Source: Dehalococcoidia bacterium
GTDB lineage: Bacteria; Chloroflexota; Dehalococcoidia; Lucifugimonadales; UBA1123
DNA length: 64,000 nt
Direction: 5' to 3'
Assembly: GCA_965116415.1 (NCBI GenBank)
Contig: OZ220693.1
Location: 831,076-895,075 of the forward strand
Below, in pieces: positions 1 through 9,916 of the stretch (the first letter of the stretch is position 1; the number at the start of each line of letters is the position of its first letter). The notes beneath the pieces were generated by a model. It was not told the origin of the DNA. It saw only the letters and a list, made by a program, of their open reading frames with translations, and made no database searches. Made by a program: the position numbers and the translations under genes.

Positions 1-812
1 TGGTTGGTGATGCTGGACTCTCCCCTGACGACTGTTCCGTCATTGAAGCGTGCAGACAGCTGAAGGTCGGCAGATGTAGAGGGCAAGACCCCTCCCCTGA
101 CCGCGAGCACGCGGCTGGACTCGACGAGTGCCTGGTCGAAGCTCTCGGTCACATTGGTCATCGCGACTATGAAGAGGTTGCCGAAGCTGTGGCCCTTGAG
201 ACCGCTGCCCTCGTCGAAGCGGTACTGGAACAAGTCTGCCAACAGAGTCTCGTCCTCAGAGAGGGCCACCAGGCAGTTGCGGAAGTCGCCGGGAGGCAGA
301 ACGCCGAGTTCCCGTCGCAGAATTCCTGAACTCCCTCCATCGTCAGCGACGGTGATAATGGCGGTGAGGTTGTCCGTGTGAAGCCTGAGGCCGCGCAGCA
401 GCACCGACTGGCCGGTACCGCCTCCAATCGCGACCACCTTGGGGCCGCGTCCCCTGGACCACCTGTTGTAGACGGTGTCGGCCACAGCATCAATTGACTT
501 CGAACGCATGAAGAGAGGACTGAGCGCCCTATAGTAGCCGTACATGGACAGCAGTATCGCACCGCCTCCGACGCCCAGCAGCAAGAACCCCTCAAAGTAC
601 CAGGGCAGAAAATCAGGAAAGCCAACAGAGAAGAACTTCCTGATCAGGTAGGCCAAGCCTATAGAGCAGAACGCGACACCGATCGCGCCAATCAAAGCCC
701 AACGCTTCAGGCCAACTCCGGGGTGCAGCAGGCGTAGAAACCGCTGTACGCGAGAGACAGACTCCCCATTCGAACCGGAACCTGGGGGAGAGCCATTTCT
801 GCGATTCGACAT
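1..812 (-). CDS. YvcK/CofD-family protein (UPF0052, gluconeogenesis-factor-like). Only the N-terminal part is present; the 3' end lies outside the window.
   Basis: My own translation of the minus strand from the ATG at 812-810, which overlaps the gatB stop as TGATG. It reads MSNRRNGSPPG..., has one hydrophobic segment, then KVVAIGGGTGQSVLLRGL ... ITVADDGGSSG ... GHSFGNLF. The frame stays open to position 1. It is absent from the ORF track because it runs off the edge. Confidence 0.7.
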   Translation of the reverse strand, partial: MSNRRNGSPPGSGSNGESVSRVQRFLRLLHPGVGLKRWALIGAIGVAFCSIGLAYLIRKFFSVGFPDFLPWYFEGFLLLGVGGGAILLSMYGYYRALSPLFMRSKSIDAVADTVYNRWSRGRGPKVVAIGGGTGQSVLLRGLRLHTDNLTAIITVADDGGSSGILRRELGVLPPGDFRNCLVALSEDETLLADLFQYRFDEGSGLKGHSFGNLFIVAMTNVTESFDQALVESSRVLAVRGGVLPSTSADLQLSARFNDGTVVRGESSITN

Positions 813-2284
813 CAGCGCATCGCTTCCAGTTGCTCGTGAACCATCTGGCTGGCCATCCGGGGATTAGCCTTACCGCGTGTGGCCTTCATCACCTGCCCAA
901 CCAGGAAGCCCATGGCCTGGTGTCTGCCAGCAAGGTAGTCGGCTACAGGGTCCGGGTTGGCTGATATGGCTTCCTGCACCGCGGTTAGAACAGCGTCAGT
1001 GTCGGATATCTGTACCAGCCCCTCAGTCTCTGCAATCTGACGAGGCGGTTGACCCGTCTCGAACATCTTCTCGAAGACAGTCTTGGCCATTGTCGAACTC
1101 AGCGTCGAGTCGTCGACCATGGCCTGCAACTCAGCGACCTGTGAAGGTTTGATGCCGACCTCCGAGATGTCCTTGCCGGATTGGTTCAACAGCCGTGACA
1201 TCTCACCCAGCATCCAGTTGCTGACAGCCTTGGCGAACTGTTCGGAGCCCGCCGGCTCCCTTGGAGCCTCGTCAAGAACTTCCTCGAAGTAGTCGGCCGT
1301 CGACTTGGTCGTGGTCAATAGCTCGGCGTCGTATTCAGGCAGGCCAAGTTCGGAGACGAAGCGGCTCTTTCGAGCATGGGGTAGTTCTGGGAGTGAGGAC
1401 TCAATGTCATCGACCCACTCTGGGGAAATCCTGAGGGGTGGAAGGTCAGGTTCAGGGAAGTAGCGATAGTCGGAGGCGCCTTCCTTCACGCGTTGGGAGA
1501 CGGTTACAGAGTCTTCCTCTTCCCATCCGCGTGTCTCCTGGACGATTCGTCCGCCCGACTCAACGACTTTAACCTGACGCTCCGCCTCGTACTCAAGCGC
1601 ACGGTACACGGAGCGGAAGCTGTTCATGTTTTTGATTTCGACCTTGGTGCCGTACTCCTCCTGGCCGACGGGGCGAACGCTGATGTTGGCGTCACACCTG
1701 AAGTTGCCCTCCTCCATGTTGGCGCTGCTGGTGCCAATGTACTGGAGAATCGAGTGCAGCTGCATCAGGTATGCACGAGCCTCTTCCGCGCTTCTGAGAT
1801 CGGGTTCACCGACGATCTCCATGAGCGGGACCCCAGCCCTGTTGACGTCGAGCAGCGAGTAGCCTTCGCCGAATCCCTCGGTGCGATGCATGAGCTTCGC
1901 TACATCCTCCTCAAGGTGGACGCGCGTTACGCCAACGGTGCGTTGGACGCCGTCTACCTCTATCGGCATTGTCCCATTGGAGGCGATTGGCAGATCGTAC
2001 TGCGAAATCTGGTAGCCCTTCATGAGGTCTGGATAGGGATAGTTCTTACGGTCGAACTTGGTGTAGGAAGCTATGTCGCAGCCGAGGGCGAGTCCAGTGC
2101 GAATCACGTGCTCGACAGCCTTGCGGTTAATCACCGGCAGCACACCGGGCATTCCCATGCAGACGGGGCACACCACGGTGTTGGGTGCGGCATCCTGGTA
2201 TTCGGAGCTGCACGCACAGAACATCTTGCTTTCGGTAGATAGCTGGGCGTGGACTTCCAGCCCAATGACCACTTCAAAATCCAT
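812..2284 (-). CDS. gatB: Asp-tRNA(Asn)/Glu-tRNA(Gln) amidotransferase subunit B
   Basis: 490-aa ORF. The N-terminus MDFEVVIGLEVHAQL, the Cys cluster (FCACSS ... CPVCMGMPG) and the C-terminal GFLVGQVMK tail are typical of GatB. Confidence 0.95.
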   Translation of the reverse strand: MDFEVVIGLEVHAQLSTESKMFCACSSEYQDAAPNTVVCPVCMGMPGVLPVINRKAVEHVIRTGLALGCDIASYTKFDRKNYPYPDLMKGYQISQYDLPIASNGTMPIEVDGVQRTVGVTRVHLEEDVAKLMHRTEGFGEGYSLLDVNRAGVPLMEIVGEPDLRSAEEARAYLMQLHSILQYIGTSSANMEEGNFRCDANISVRPVGQEEYGTKVEIKNMNSFRSVYRALEYEAERQVKVVESGGRIVQETRGWEEEDSVTVSQRVKEGASDYRYFPEPDLPPLRISPEWVDDIESSLPELPHARKSRFVSELGLPEYDAELLTTTKSTADYFEEVLDEAPREPAGSEQFAKAVSNWMLGEMSRLLNQSGKDISEVGIKPSQVAELQAMVDDSTLSSTMAKTVFEKMFETGQPPRQIAETEGLVQISDTDAVLTAVQEAISANPDPVADYLAGRHQAMGFLVGQVMKATRGKANPRMASQMVHEQLEAMR

Positions 2285-2374
2285 AACTGTTGACGTCCAA
2301 GAAGAACCTAGTCGGCGAGGAAAAACACAACGTAAAGTATATGGAACAGAAGCGAGGGTTACAACGCCGCGAGG

Positions 2375-3025
2375 CTAGTCACTCAGGTCGGACTCGGACC
2401 AGGCTTCGCGTCCAATCAAGGGCACGAACCGACAGGCTCCCAGAGAGCGAGTGACCACGCCGTCCATGGTCCTTACTGCCTTGATGAGGCTCTGTTCGCG
2501 CAAGTTGCCGACGGGGATGACGAGCCTGCCACCAATTTCCAGCTGCAGCAGAAGGTTTCTGGGAATCCTCGGCGCCGCCGCTGCCACGACAATGGCGTCA
2601 AAAGGCGCATCGCCGGGACTCCCCAGTGCGACACCTGCCTCCTCAACGCTGATGTTCGTGTACCCCAATCGTGTCAGCAACATCCTGGCCGAGTCGGCAA
2701 GCTCCGGGACTCGTTCGACTGTAACCACCTCGCGAGCGAGTTCGCCAAGGATTGCGGCCTGGTACCCGCTGCCGGTGCCTATCTCAAGCACCCGGTCGAA
2801 TCTCTTGAGTTCCATTTCCTGCAGCATGATCGCGACGATCGTCGGCTGTGAGATCGTCTGTCCCGCTGGGATACTGAGGGCGATGTCTTCGTATGCGACA
2901 TGCCGGTCGGCCTGGCGCACGAAACGCTCTCTCGGCACGGCGGCGATGGCGTCGAGCACCCGCTTATCGGAGATTTGCCCCGAGAGCTTTCGGAGCAGTC
3001 TATCCCTTGCCCGTTCGACAGGCAT
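2375..3025 (-). CDS. pcm: protein-L-isoaspartate O-methyltransferase
   Basis: 216 aa. Contains GQTISQPTIVA and the SAM-binding VLEIGTGSGYQAAIL motif characteristic of Pcm. Confidence 0.9.
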   Translation of the reverse strand: MPVERARDRLLRKLSGQISDKRVLDAIAAVPRERFVRQADRHVAYEDIALSIPAGQTISQPTIVAIMLQEMELKRFDRVLEIGTGSGYQAAILGELAREVVTVERVPELADSARMLLTRLGYTNISVEEAGVALGSPGDAPFDAIVVAAAAPRIPRNLLLQLEIGGRLVIPVGNLREQSLIKAVRTMDGVVTRSLGACRFVPLIGREAWSESDLSD

Positions 3026-3174
3026 GAGGCTATGGGTTTCCTTCCCAGAATTCTGCGTTCAGCGTGTCATTACCTTACCAAAACCGGTGGCGCCTGAGTC
3101 TCGGCTTTGCTGGGCGAACTCACGTGTCGCTATAGGGTAAACTAAACTGCAATACGAGCTAACCAGACGGGAGG

Positions 3175-3831
3175 ATGTTGTTGCCAAGATACTATCCGGC
3201 CTTCATCGACGTTCGAGAGCGAAACTGCGTCGTGATTGGAGGCGGCGCGCTGGGGGAGGAAAAGGTCGTGAAGCTGCTGGAGTGCGACGCGAAGGTTATA
3301 GTGATCGCCCCTGAGATTACTCCCGTGGTTGAGGGGTTAGCCTCCGACGGTACGCTCGAATGGATCAGGCGCGACTATCAACCCGGCGACCTCGCGCGGG
3401 CTTTCATAGCCATAGCGTCAACAGGTGACGATGAAACGGATCGTCGGATCTACGCCGAGGCTGAAGAGCGCAACGTGCTGCTCAACGTCGTGGATGTAAC
3501 ACATCTGTGTACATTCATCGCCCCCTCAGTCGCACGGCGCGGGGAAGTCACCGTTGCAACCTCCACAGGCGGGGCAAGTCCAGCGCTGGCCAGGACCTTT
3601 CGAGAGAAGCTGGAGTCCAGCAGGATCCTGGAGTACGCGGATCTGGCCCCGATACTGGCTCGAGGGCGGGCTGAACTCAGGAAGCGCGGCCTGAGGGTCG
3701 CGCCCGACCACTGGCAGAGTTGCATCAGTGAAGAGTTGCTCGACACCGTGCAGAGTGGTGATGAGACGACTGCTTATCGGATGCTCGAAGAAGGCCTGCT
3801 AGCGGGGGCAGAGCCGATTTCACCCGCATGA
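3175..3831 (+). CDS. precorrin-2 dehydrogenase / sirohydrochlorin ferrochelatase (CysG N-terminal-domain type, SirC-like)
   Basis: 218 aa. Has the Rossmann motif VVIGGGALGEEKV near the N-terminus. It is the first gene of the hemC/cobA-hemD/hemB operon, and its stop overlaps the hemC start (ATGA). Confidence 0.8.
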   Translation: MLLPRYYPAFIDVRERNCVVIGGGALGEEKVVKLLECDAKVIVIAPEITPVVEGLASDGTLEWIRRDYQPGDLARAFIAIASTGDDETDRRIYAEAEERNVLLNVVDVTHLCTFIAPSVARRGEVTVATSTGGASPALARTFREKLESSRILEYADLAPILARGRAELRKRGLRVAPDHWQSCISEELLDTVQSGDETTAYRMLEEGLLAGAEPISPA

Positions 3832-4754
3832 CAGACCGCGTCTTCAGAGTAGGTACGCGGGGGAGTGCGCTCGCAAGGGTGCAGACTGATGAGGTCGTGC
3901 AGGCCCTCAGGTCGGCGTGGCCGGATGTCAACATCGAAGTCGTTCCGATCACTCCAGACGGCGACCGCCGAAAGTCGGCCCCTCTCCAGTCTCTGGGCAG
4001 GGGCACGTTCGTTAAAGGGCTAGAGGAGCCGCTGCTGAGGGGCGAGATCGATTTGGCGGTACATTCGGCCAAAGATATGGCTTCGGAAGTTCCAACAGGG
4101 CTGGCAATTGTCGCCTACCCCGAGCGCAAGGACCCGAGAGACGTGATCGTCAACAGGTGGGATGCGGGATTTGAAGAGCTGCCTCAGGGATCGAGTTTAG
4201 GCACTAGCAGTCCCCGACGGGCTGGTCAGCTTCTGGCAGCGCGACCTGATCTCAGGTTCATTCCGGTACGTGGTAACGTCGATACGAGAATCGGTAAAGT
4301 CGGGGAAGACGCGTATGACGGTGTCGTACTCGCGGCTGCCGGGCTTGAACGGCTCGGATGGCAGGACAGGGTGTCGAGCTTCCTCGATCCCGAGTTGTGT
4401 ATTCCGGATGCGGGACAGGGTGCTTTAGCCGTTGAGGCCCGTGTGGAGGACTCAGAGGTGGCCGAGCTGTTGGCGGCGATAAATCACACGTCGACGTGGT
4501 CTACGGTAACGGCTGAGCGGGCATTCGTGGAAGCCACAGGCGGGGGATGTCGCGTACCGGTTGCAGCCTACGCGACCGAGTCGCATGGCACTCTCAGCAT
4601 TCGGTCGATGGCGTGTCTTCCTGACGGCTCCCAGATGTTTCGTTCGTCGGTTGAACTGCCGGGCGACGACCCTGTTGGGGCAGGCCAAGCGGCAGCTCGG
4701 GCTCTGGAAGAGACCGGAGCGAAGGAGATAATGTACGCCGCACGCATCGTCTGA
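3828..4754 (+). CDS. hemC: hydroxymethylbilane synthase (porphobilinogen deaminase)
   Basis: 308 aa. Contains RVGTRGSALARVQT ... AVHSAKDM ... LGTSSPRR, typical HemC motifs. Confidence 0.93.
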   Translation: MTDRVFRVGTRGSALARVQTDEVVQALRSAWPDVNIEVVPITPDGDRRKSAPLQSLGRGTFVKGLEEPLLRGEIDLAVHSAKDMASEVPTGLAIVAYPERKDPRDVIVNRWDAGFEELPQGSSLGTSSPRRAGQLLAARPDLRFIPVRGNVDTRIGKVGEDAYDGVVLAAAGLERLGWQDRVSSFLDPELCIPDAGQGALAVEARVEDSEVAELLAAINHTSTWSTVTAERAFVEATGGGCRVPVAAYATESHGTLSIRSMACLPDGSQMFRSSVELPGDDPVGAGQAAARALEETGAKEIMYAARIV

Positions 4755-4782
4755 GGGCCGCTATACAAGCTGACGATTTGTT

Positions 4783-6324
4783 GTGCTGCCTGGAGTGGGC
4801 GTCTTGAGCAACGTCGGGAAAGTCTATCTCGTGGGAGCAGGTCCCGGGGACCCCGGACTGATAACGGTCAAGGGCCTGAGGCTTCTCGAGTCGGCAGACG
4901 TGATCGTTCATGATCGGCTGATCGACGAACGGCTGCTTGCAATGGCTGGGCCTGACGCAGAGCTCGTCGATGTGGGCAAAGTACCGGGACAAGCCGGGCG
5001 AAAGCAGTCCGACATCAATAGGCGCCTGGTAAGCGAGGCCCGGGTTGGCAAGACCGTTATCCGGCTGAAGGGCGGCGACCCGTTCGTTTTTGGAAGGGGG
5101 GGCGAGGAGGCCGAGGCGCTGCATGACGCCGGAGTCCCCTTCGAGGTGGTGCCGGGGGTAACATCGGCCGTTGCAGTGCCCGCTTACGCCGGGATTCCAC
5201 TCACTCATCGCGACCACTCTTCGTCATTCACAGTCGTGACAGGCAGCACAGCCAAGTCGAATGAAGCAGGTTCTCCTGACTGGGACTTGCTTGCCAAGAT
5301 CCCCGGCACGCTCGTGGTCCTTATGGGTTGGAGCACACTCCCAGCTATTACTACCAAGCTAATCGAGAGTGGCAAGTCAGGTTCTACTCCTGCGGCAGTG
5401 ATTAGCCAGGGGACCGAGACCCAACAGAAGACAGTCATCGGCCCCCTTGGCTCTATCGCCGACATTGCGAGGGCGGAGGGTCTGAGGTCACCTGCAGTCG
5501 TCGTAATCGGCGACGTTGTTAATCTGGGTGACAGACTCAACTGGTTCGAGGCGCTGCCGCTACTTGGCAAACGAGTGCTGGTGACTCGCACCCGGAATCA
5601 AGCGGGCCTTCTCTCACAGGGCCTTCTGGATATTGGCGCGACTCCAATTGAGATCCCTACGATTGAAGTGCGCCCTCCGAAGGACTACGCCTCGTTGGAC
5701 TCGGCCTGCGCAGAGCTTTCTGTTTTCGACTGGGTTGTGTTTGCCTCGTCCAACGCAGTGCACGCTGTCTTCGAACGTCTCAGGGCATCTGGGCGGGACT
5801 CAAGAGCATTTCATGGCGTCAGGGTCGCTGCCGTTGGGCCGGCAACTGGAAAGGTCCTCGAAGGATATGGAATTGTGGCTGATCTAGTTCCCTCGACGGC
5901 AACGTCGACCGGTCTGGCCAACGACCTGATCAAAAGTGGTGTCCACGGCAGTCGGATACTACTTCCAAGGGCTGACATTGCGACGCGAGAACTCCCCGAT
6001 ATGCTAATTGAACAGGGAGCGGAGGCAGTGGAAGTCACAGCATATCGGACTGTGATGCCGGTGGAGTCAAGAGAGAGGGCTATTGCGGCCCTCAAGGCTG
6101 GTGTTGACGTGGCAACCTTCACAAGCTCGTCCACGGTGAGAAACCTGCTGAGGCTGCTTGACGACGGCGCTGAATCGCTCGCCGAAACGAAGATCGCCTG
6201 CATTGGGCCTATAACGGCCGCAACCGCTGGAAGGCTGGGTTTGAAAGTTGATATAGTTGCGAATACACCAACCATTGGTGGGCTGACGACGGCCCTTGTC
6301 GAATTCTTCACCTCTGGGAAGTAG
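4783..6324 (+). CDS. bifunctional uroporphyrinogen-III C-methyltransferase / uroporphyrinogen-III synthase
   Basis: 513 aa. The N-terminal half has the SUMT motifs GKVYLVGAGPGDPGLITVKG and LKGGDPFVFGRGGEE. The C-terminal half (about 250 aa) is HemD-like. The true start is uncertain; a TTG at about 4804 is possible. Confidence 0.9.
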   Translation: MLPGVGVLSNVGKVYLVGAGPGDPGLITVKGLRLLESADVIVHDRLIDERLLAMAGPDAELVDVGKVPGQAGRKQSDINRRLVSEARVGKTVIRLKGGDPFVFGRGGEEAEALHDAGVPFEVVPGVTSAVAVPAYAGIPLTHRDHSSSFTVVTGSTAKSNEAGSPDWDLLAKIPGTLVVLMGWSTLPAITTKLIESGKSGSTPAAVISQGTETQQKTVIGPLGSIADIARAEGLRSPAVVVIGDVVNLGDRLNWFEALPLLGKRVLVTRTRNQAGLLSQGLLDIGATPIEIPTIEVRPPKDYASLDSACAELSVFDWVVFASSNAVHAVFERLRASGRDSRAFHGVRVAAVGPATGKVLEGYGIVADLVPSTATSTGLANDLIKSGVHGSRILLPRADIATRELPDMLIEQGAEAVEVTAYRTVMPVESRERAIAALKAGVDVATFTSSSTVRNLLRLLDDGAESLAETKIACIGPITAATAGRLGLKVDIVANTPTIGGLTTALVEFFTSGK

Positions 6325-6331
6325 GTCGACG

Positions 6332-7312
6332 ATGGCGTCATACCCCAATACACGAATGAGAAGGCTCAGGGAGAACCCTGGTCTCAGACACCTTGTCGAA
6401 GAGACACGCCTGTCTACTTCAGACTTCATATATCCGCTGTTCGTAACTCACGGTCGTGATACTCGTACAGAGATTCCCCCGATGCCCGGGATATACCAGC
6501 TATCGCTGGACCAGTTGATCCACGAGGTAGGAGAGGCGGCGGACGTGGGCATCGAGAGCGTGCTCTTGTTCGGAATCCCGGCGCACAAGGACGCGAAGGG
6601 GACCGAAGCCTACTCGAGTGGTGGAATCATCCAGGAAGCCATCGGGATCATCAAGCAGGCCGTTCCCGGCATGACTGTCATTACGGACGTGTGTCTGTGC
6701 GAGTTCACCGACCATGGCCACTGCGGCGTGGTTGATGGGGACCGAATAGACAATGACGCCACGCTGGAACTACTGGGGCAGATGGCGACTGTCCAAGCCC
6801 AGGCGGGAGCCGACATGGTAGCGCCGTCTGCGATGATGGATGGACAGGTACGCACGATCAGACGCGCGCTCGACGATGCCGATATGACGGAAGTACCGAT
6901 TATGGCTTATTCGGCCAAGTACGCCTCTGGGTTCTACGGGCCATTCAGGGTTGCCGCCGAATCAGCACCGGTGTTCGGGGATCGCGCCAGCTACCAGATG
7001 GATCCTCCTAACATCAGAGAGGCGATGCGGGAGATTGCCCTGGACGTCGAAGAGGGCGCCGACATGGTTATGGTTAAGCCTGCGCTCGCGTACCTCGATG
7101 TCCTGAGAGCTGCCAAAGAGCAGTTTGCGACCCCGGTCGCCGCATACAACGTCAGCGGCGAGTATTCTATGGTTAAGGCAGCTGCCGAAAACGAGTGGAT
7201 CGATGGGAGACGAATCACATTGGAGATTCTCACGTCGATCAAACGGGCGGGCGCAGACGTCATCCTGTCCTATCATGCAAAGGAAGTCGCCGGATGGCTG
7301 CAGTCTGAGTAA
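6332..7312 (+). CDS. hemB: porphobilinogen synthase (delta-aminolevulinate dehydratase)
   Basis: ORF 6296..7312. I placed the start at the internal ATG at 6332 (MASYPNTRMRRLR...), just after the upstream stop. Active-site region DVCLCEFTDHGHCG is present, and SAKYAS / VKPA carry the Schiff-base lysine contexts. Confidence 0.93.
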   Translation: MASYPNTRMRRLRENPGLRHLVEETRLSTSDFIYPLFVTHGRDTRTEIPPMPGIYQLSLDQLIHEVGEAADVGIESVLLFGIPAHKDAKGTEAYSSGGIIQEAIGIIKQAVPGMTVITDVCLCEFTDHGHCGVVDGDRIDNDATLELLGQMATVQAQAGADMVAPSAMMDGQVRTIRRALDDADMTEVPIMAYSAKYASGFYGPFRVAAESAPVFGDRASYQMDPPNIREAMREIALDVEEGADMVMVKPALAYLDVLRAAKEQFATPVAAYNVSGEYSMVKAAAENEWIDGRRITLEILTSIKRAGADVILSYHAKEVAGWLQSE

Positions 7313-7333
7313 TCCTGACAAAACGAGAGAGTC

Positions 7334-7684
7334 ATGCCAGCTTATATTCTGCTTCTTTCCCTAACACCTGAAGGTCGCCACCGGATGCTCGACAATCCTG
7401 ACAGGCTTCTAGTTGCCGAGCAGTCGATCGACATCCCCCGGACACAGGTCCATGGGCTATACGCAGTCCTCGGCGAATACGACTTCGTCACCATCCTGGA
7501 TGCACCGGATAATGAGTCAGCGGCGCGCTTTTCGATGGAGCTGGGTGTGCTGGCGGGAGTCCAGGTCACGACGCTCCCGGCGATCCCAATCGGTAGATTC
7601 GAACAGGCGCTGGGGGAGCACGAGCCGGAAATGGACATCGCGGGTGCGCCTAATCCCAGCGACTTCGTTCCGAACGACGACTAG
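7334..7684 (+). CDS. GYD-domain protein
   Basis: 116 aa. MPAYILLLSLTPEG ... GEYDFVTILDAPDNESA ... matches the GYD family pattern as I remember it. Confidence 0.7.
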   Translation: MPAYILLLSLTPEGRHRMLDNPDRLLVAEQSIDIPRTQVHGLYAVLGEYDFVTILDAPDNESAARFSMELGVLAGVQVTTLPAIPIGRFEQALGEHEPEMDIAGAPNPSDFVPNDD

Positions 7685-8139
7685 CGAAGCCTGATGGGCC
7701 GTCTACCGATGAGCGGCCACAGCCTGACGACTGCAATACCGGCCAGGCTTGCTAACGGGACTGGGCCGAATTCCCTGCTGTCCGTGCTGTGGGCACGGTT
7801 GTCTCCAAGCACCATGCACTCGTCAGGTCCAACTCGCCACGAGCGCGAATTTGCTCCCAAGTCGGCCGGCAGACCGAAGAGGTACGGCTCCCGAAGGTGT
7901 TTGCCGTTGACGTGGAGTAAGCCATCTTCGAATGAGACCTGGTCATCAGGAAGTCCGACGACACGCTTGACCTGCCACCGAGTGTCCGAACTGCTGGGAA
8001 GGTCTACGACCACCACGTCGCCACGGCGCAGTTTCCGGTTGAGTTTTCTGACGACCAGGATGTCTCCGTCTAAGAGCGACGGCTTCATGCTCGACCCTCG
8101 GACTACGTACAGTGAGTGACGCGGTTCAAAGCGTAGCAT
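7681..8139 (-). CDS. soluble S26-family (signal-peptidase-I-like) protease; candidate NiSOD maturation protease (SodX-type)
   Basis: 152 aa. Catalytic boxes GSSMKPSL (Ser), KRVVGLPDD (Lys) and GDNRAHSTDSREFG are present. I see no N-terminal transmembrane anchor. sodN lies 0.9 kb away. Confidence 0.7.
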   Translation of the reverse strand: MLRFEPRHSLYVVRGSSMKPSLLDGDILVVRKLNRKLRRGDVVVVDLPSSSDTRWQVKRVVGLPDDQVSFEDGLLHVNGKHLREPYLFGLPADLGANSRSWRVGPDECMVLGDNRAHSTDSREFGPVPLASLAGIAVVRLWPLIGRRPIRLR

Positions 8140-8165
8140 GTCGTCGAGTCCTCCCAGAGTGACCT

Positions 8166-8894
8166 ATGGCGAAAGATAGCACAGCCCAACCCGTTTCAAT
8201 CGAAGAACATGTGGTCAATGTAAACGGGGACATCATTCCGTATCTCGTTTCTGGCAGTGCAGGCCCACATATCGTCATGGTCCACGGAGCAGGTGGTACG
8301 CGATGGGAGTGGGTCGAGAGCATGACTTCTTTGGCATCTAACCATCAGGTGCTGGCCCCAGACCTGATCGGCTTTGGCGACTCTCCCAGACGAGACATTG
8401 TTCACTCGACCGGATACCTGAGCGAATTTCTTGCGACGTTCATTGAATCCACCTGCTCAGGTCTTGTAACGCTGGTTGGCCATTCGCTGGGCGGACGAGT
8501 CATCCTGGATGTCGCCCTGCGCAGACCAGAGGCCGTCGAGGGCCTGGTCCTCATCTCACCACTTGGGTTCGGTGAACTGTCGACGGTCGGGAGAGTACTT
8601 AACACAGGCGCCTGGTGGGTTAACCGTCTCGTGGGGCGCAGACAGCCCTACCCTAAACTCGATGTCCATCTTGTTGAGCCGAATATGAACGCGTTCTCGG
8701 GCATCGGATGCGAGTCACTGCTGATCTGGGGCAGCAGGGACCCATACTTTCCGCTGGCCCATTCTGAGCGGGCGCTGAAGGCGATTCCGAACTCCAGTCT
8801 CAGCGTGTATGAGGGCGCTGGACATGCGGCCCACAGAGCCCAGGTGGACCGGTTTGCGTCGGACGTTCAAGGCTTTATCCGGCGCAGCTCGTGA
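8166..8894 (+). CDS. alpha/beta-fold hydrolase
   Basis: 242 aa. Contains HGAGG oxyanion-type motif, nucleophile elbow GHSLGG and a C-terminal GHAAH. Confidence 0.8.
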   Translation: MAKDSTAQPVSIEEHVVNVNGDIIPYLVSGSAGPHIVMVHGAGGTRWEWVESMTSLASNHQVLAPDLIGFGDSPRRDIVHSTGYLSEFLATFIESTCSGLVTLVGHSLGGRVILDVALRRPEAVEGLVLISPLGFGELSTVGRVLNTGAWWVNRLVGRRQPYPKLDVHLVEPNMNAFSGIGCESLLIWGSRDPYFPLAHSERALKAIPNSSLSVYEGAGHAAHRAQVDRFASDVQGFIRRSS

Positions 8895-8996
8895 CACGAT
8901 TGCCCAGGGTTGCGCGGCTACCTGTATTTCTGTATCTTCATACCGAATCCACGAGGCAAGCAAGACTGCCGAATCAAGAAAGGAGTAACGCAGGCT

Positions 8997-9452
8997 ATGA
9001 CATTTGCGTCTGCTTTGAGAGGACTACTGGGAGTGCGTGAGGCCAGCGCCCACTGCGACATCCCCTGCGGAATCTATGATCCCATTGCGGCAAAGATCGC
9101 CGCTCAGACAGTGCAGAAGATGGTGCTACGCATCGGGCAGCTAGATGGCGACGATGCTGCTGCTCAGAACTCGCTGTCCCGCTACATCACCGTCAAGGAA
9201 GAGCACGCCGAGCTGTGCAAGCACGAGCTGCGCGTACTCTGGGCCGACTACACGTGGCCCGGCACGGACGCCAACGAGATCGCGGCGAAGTTCAACTCTG
9301 CGCTGAAGCTTGCCGGTCAGTGCAAGCAGACAGTCAGCATGGACAACGCTGAGGCACTGGTTGCCGCCGTCGACGACATCGCCTCGGCCTTCTGGGCCAC
9401 CAAGGGTGTCGAGTACAGCGACCCTGTCGCCGAGGTCCGCTACGGAACGTAG
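8997..9452 (+). CDS. sodN: nickel superoxide dismutase precursor
   Basis: ATG at 8997 preceded by AAGGAG. An 18-residue leader (MTFASALRGLLGVREASA) is followed directly by HCDIPCGIYDP, the NiSOD Ni-hook motif. The ORF-track start at 8910 is probably too far upstream. Confidence 0.9.
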   Translation: MTFASALRGLLGVREASAHCDIPCGIYDPIAAKIAAQTVQKMVLRIGQLDGDDAAAQNSLSRYITVKEEHAELCKHELRVLWADYTWPGTDANEIAAKFNSALKLAGQCKQTVSMDNAEALVAAVDDIASAFWATKGVEYSDPVAEVRYGT

Positions 9453-9491
9453 ACGGTCGACAGCGGGGAGCTAAACCCCCCGGAAAGTATG

Positions 9492-9521
9492 AAGGGGCGT
9501 TCGATTGAACGCCCCTTTTGA
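9492..9521. terminator. intrinsic terminator hairpin between convergent sodN and a cupin gene
   Basis: Perfect 11-bp stem AAGGGGCGTTC / GAACGCCCCTT with loop GATT, followed by TTGATTTTC on the + strand. Confidence 0.7.
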
Positions 9522-9544
9522 TTTTCACGATACCGACGAGATCG

Positions 9545-9895
9545 TCAGCCCATGTAGTCCTCTCGCGGGGGGCTGAAGATGTCGAGTGCCTTGGACGGCT
9601 GATCCGTAGCCACCAGCCCGTGCTCGACGCCGCCGGGGATGATGTAGGTGTCGCCCGGCTTGACCCGCGTGGTCACGCCGCCGATGGTGAAGTCGAATTC
9701 TCCCTCCAGCACCATGCCGGCCTGCTCATGCGGGTGCTGGTGCATCGGCACTTCTGAGTTCGCGTCGATTTCGACCACGCTGAGCATGACTTTCTCGCCC
9801 CACATCGTCCTGAGCATAACGCCAGGGGCGAGCTCTCTCTGTTTCACTTCATTCGGATCGTACGTGTAGGCCAAGTCTATTCCTCCAAGGGTCAC
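9545..9895 (-). CDS. cupin-domain protein
   Basis: 116 aa. Contains the metal motif PMHQHPHEQAGMVLEG ... GD ... P..V.H typical of the cupin_2 family. Confidence 0.75.
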   Translation of the reverse strand: MTLGGIDLAYTYDPNEVKQRELAPGVMLRTMWGEKVMLSVVEIDANSEVPMHQHPHEQAGMVLEGEFDFTIGGVTTRVKPGDTYIIPGGVEHGLVATDQPSKALDIFSPPREDYMG

Positions 9896-9916
9896 CAGAT
9901 GTATTGAGATGCCCTG

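Noticed and set aside
1493-2242. 249-aa ORF on the plus strand
   Set aside because: It is antisense to gatB.
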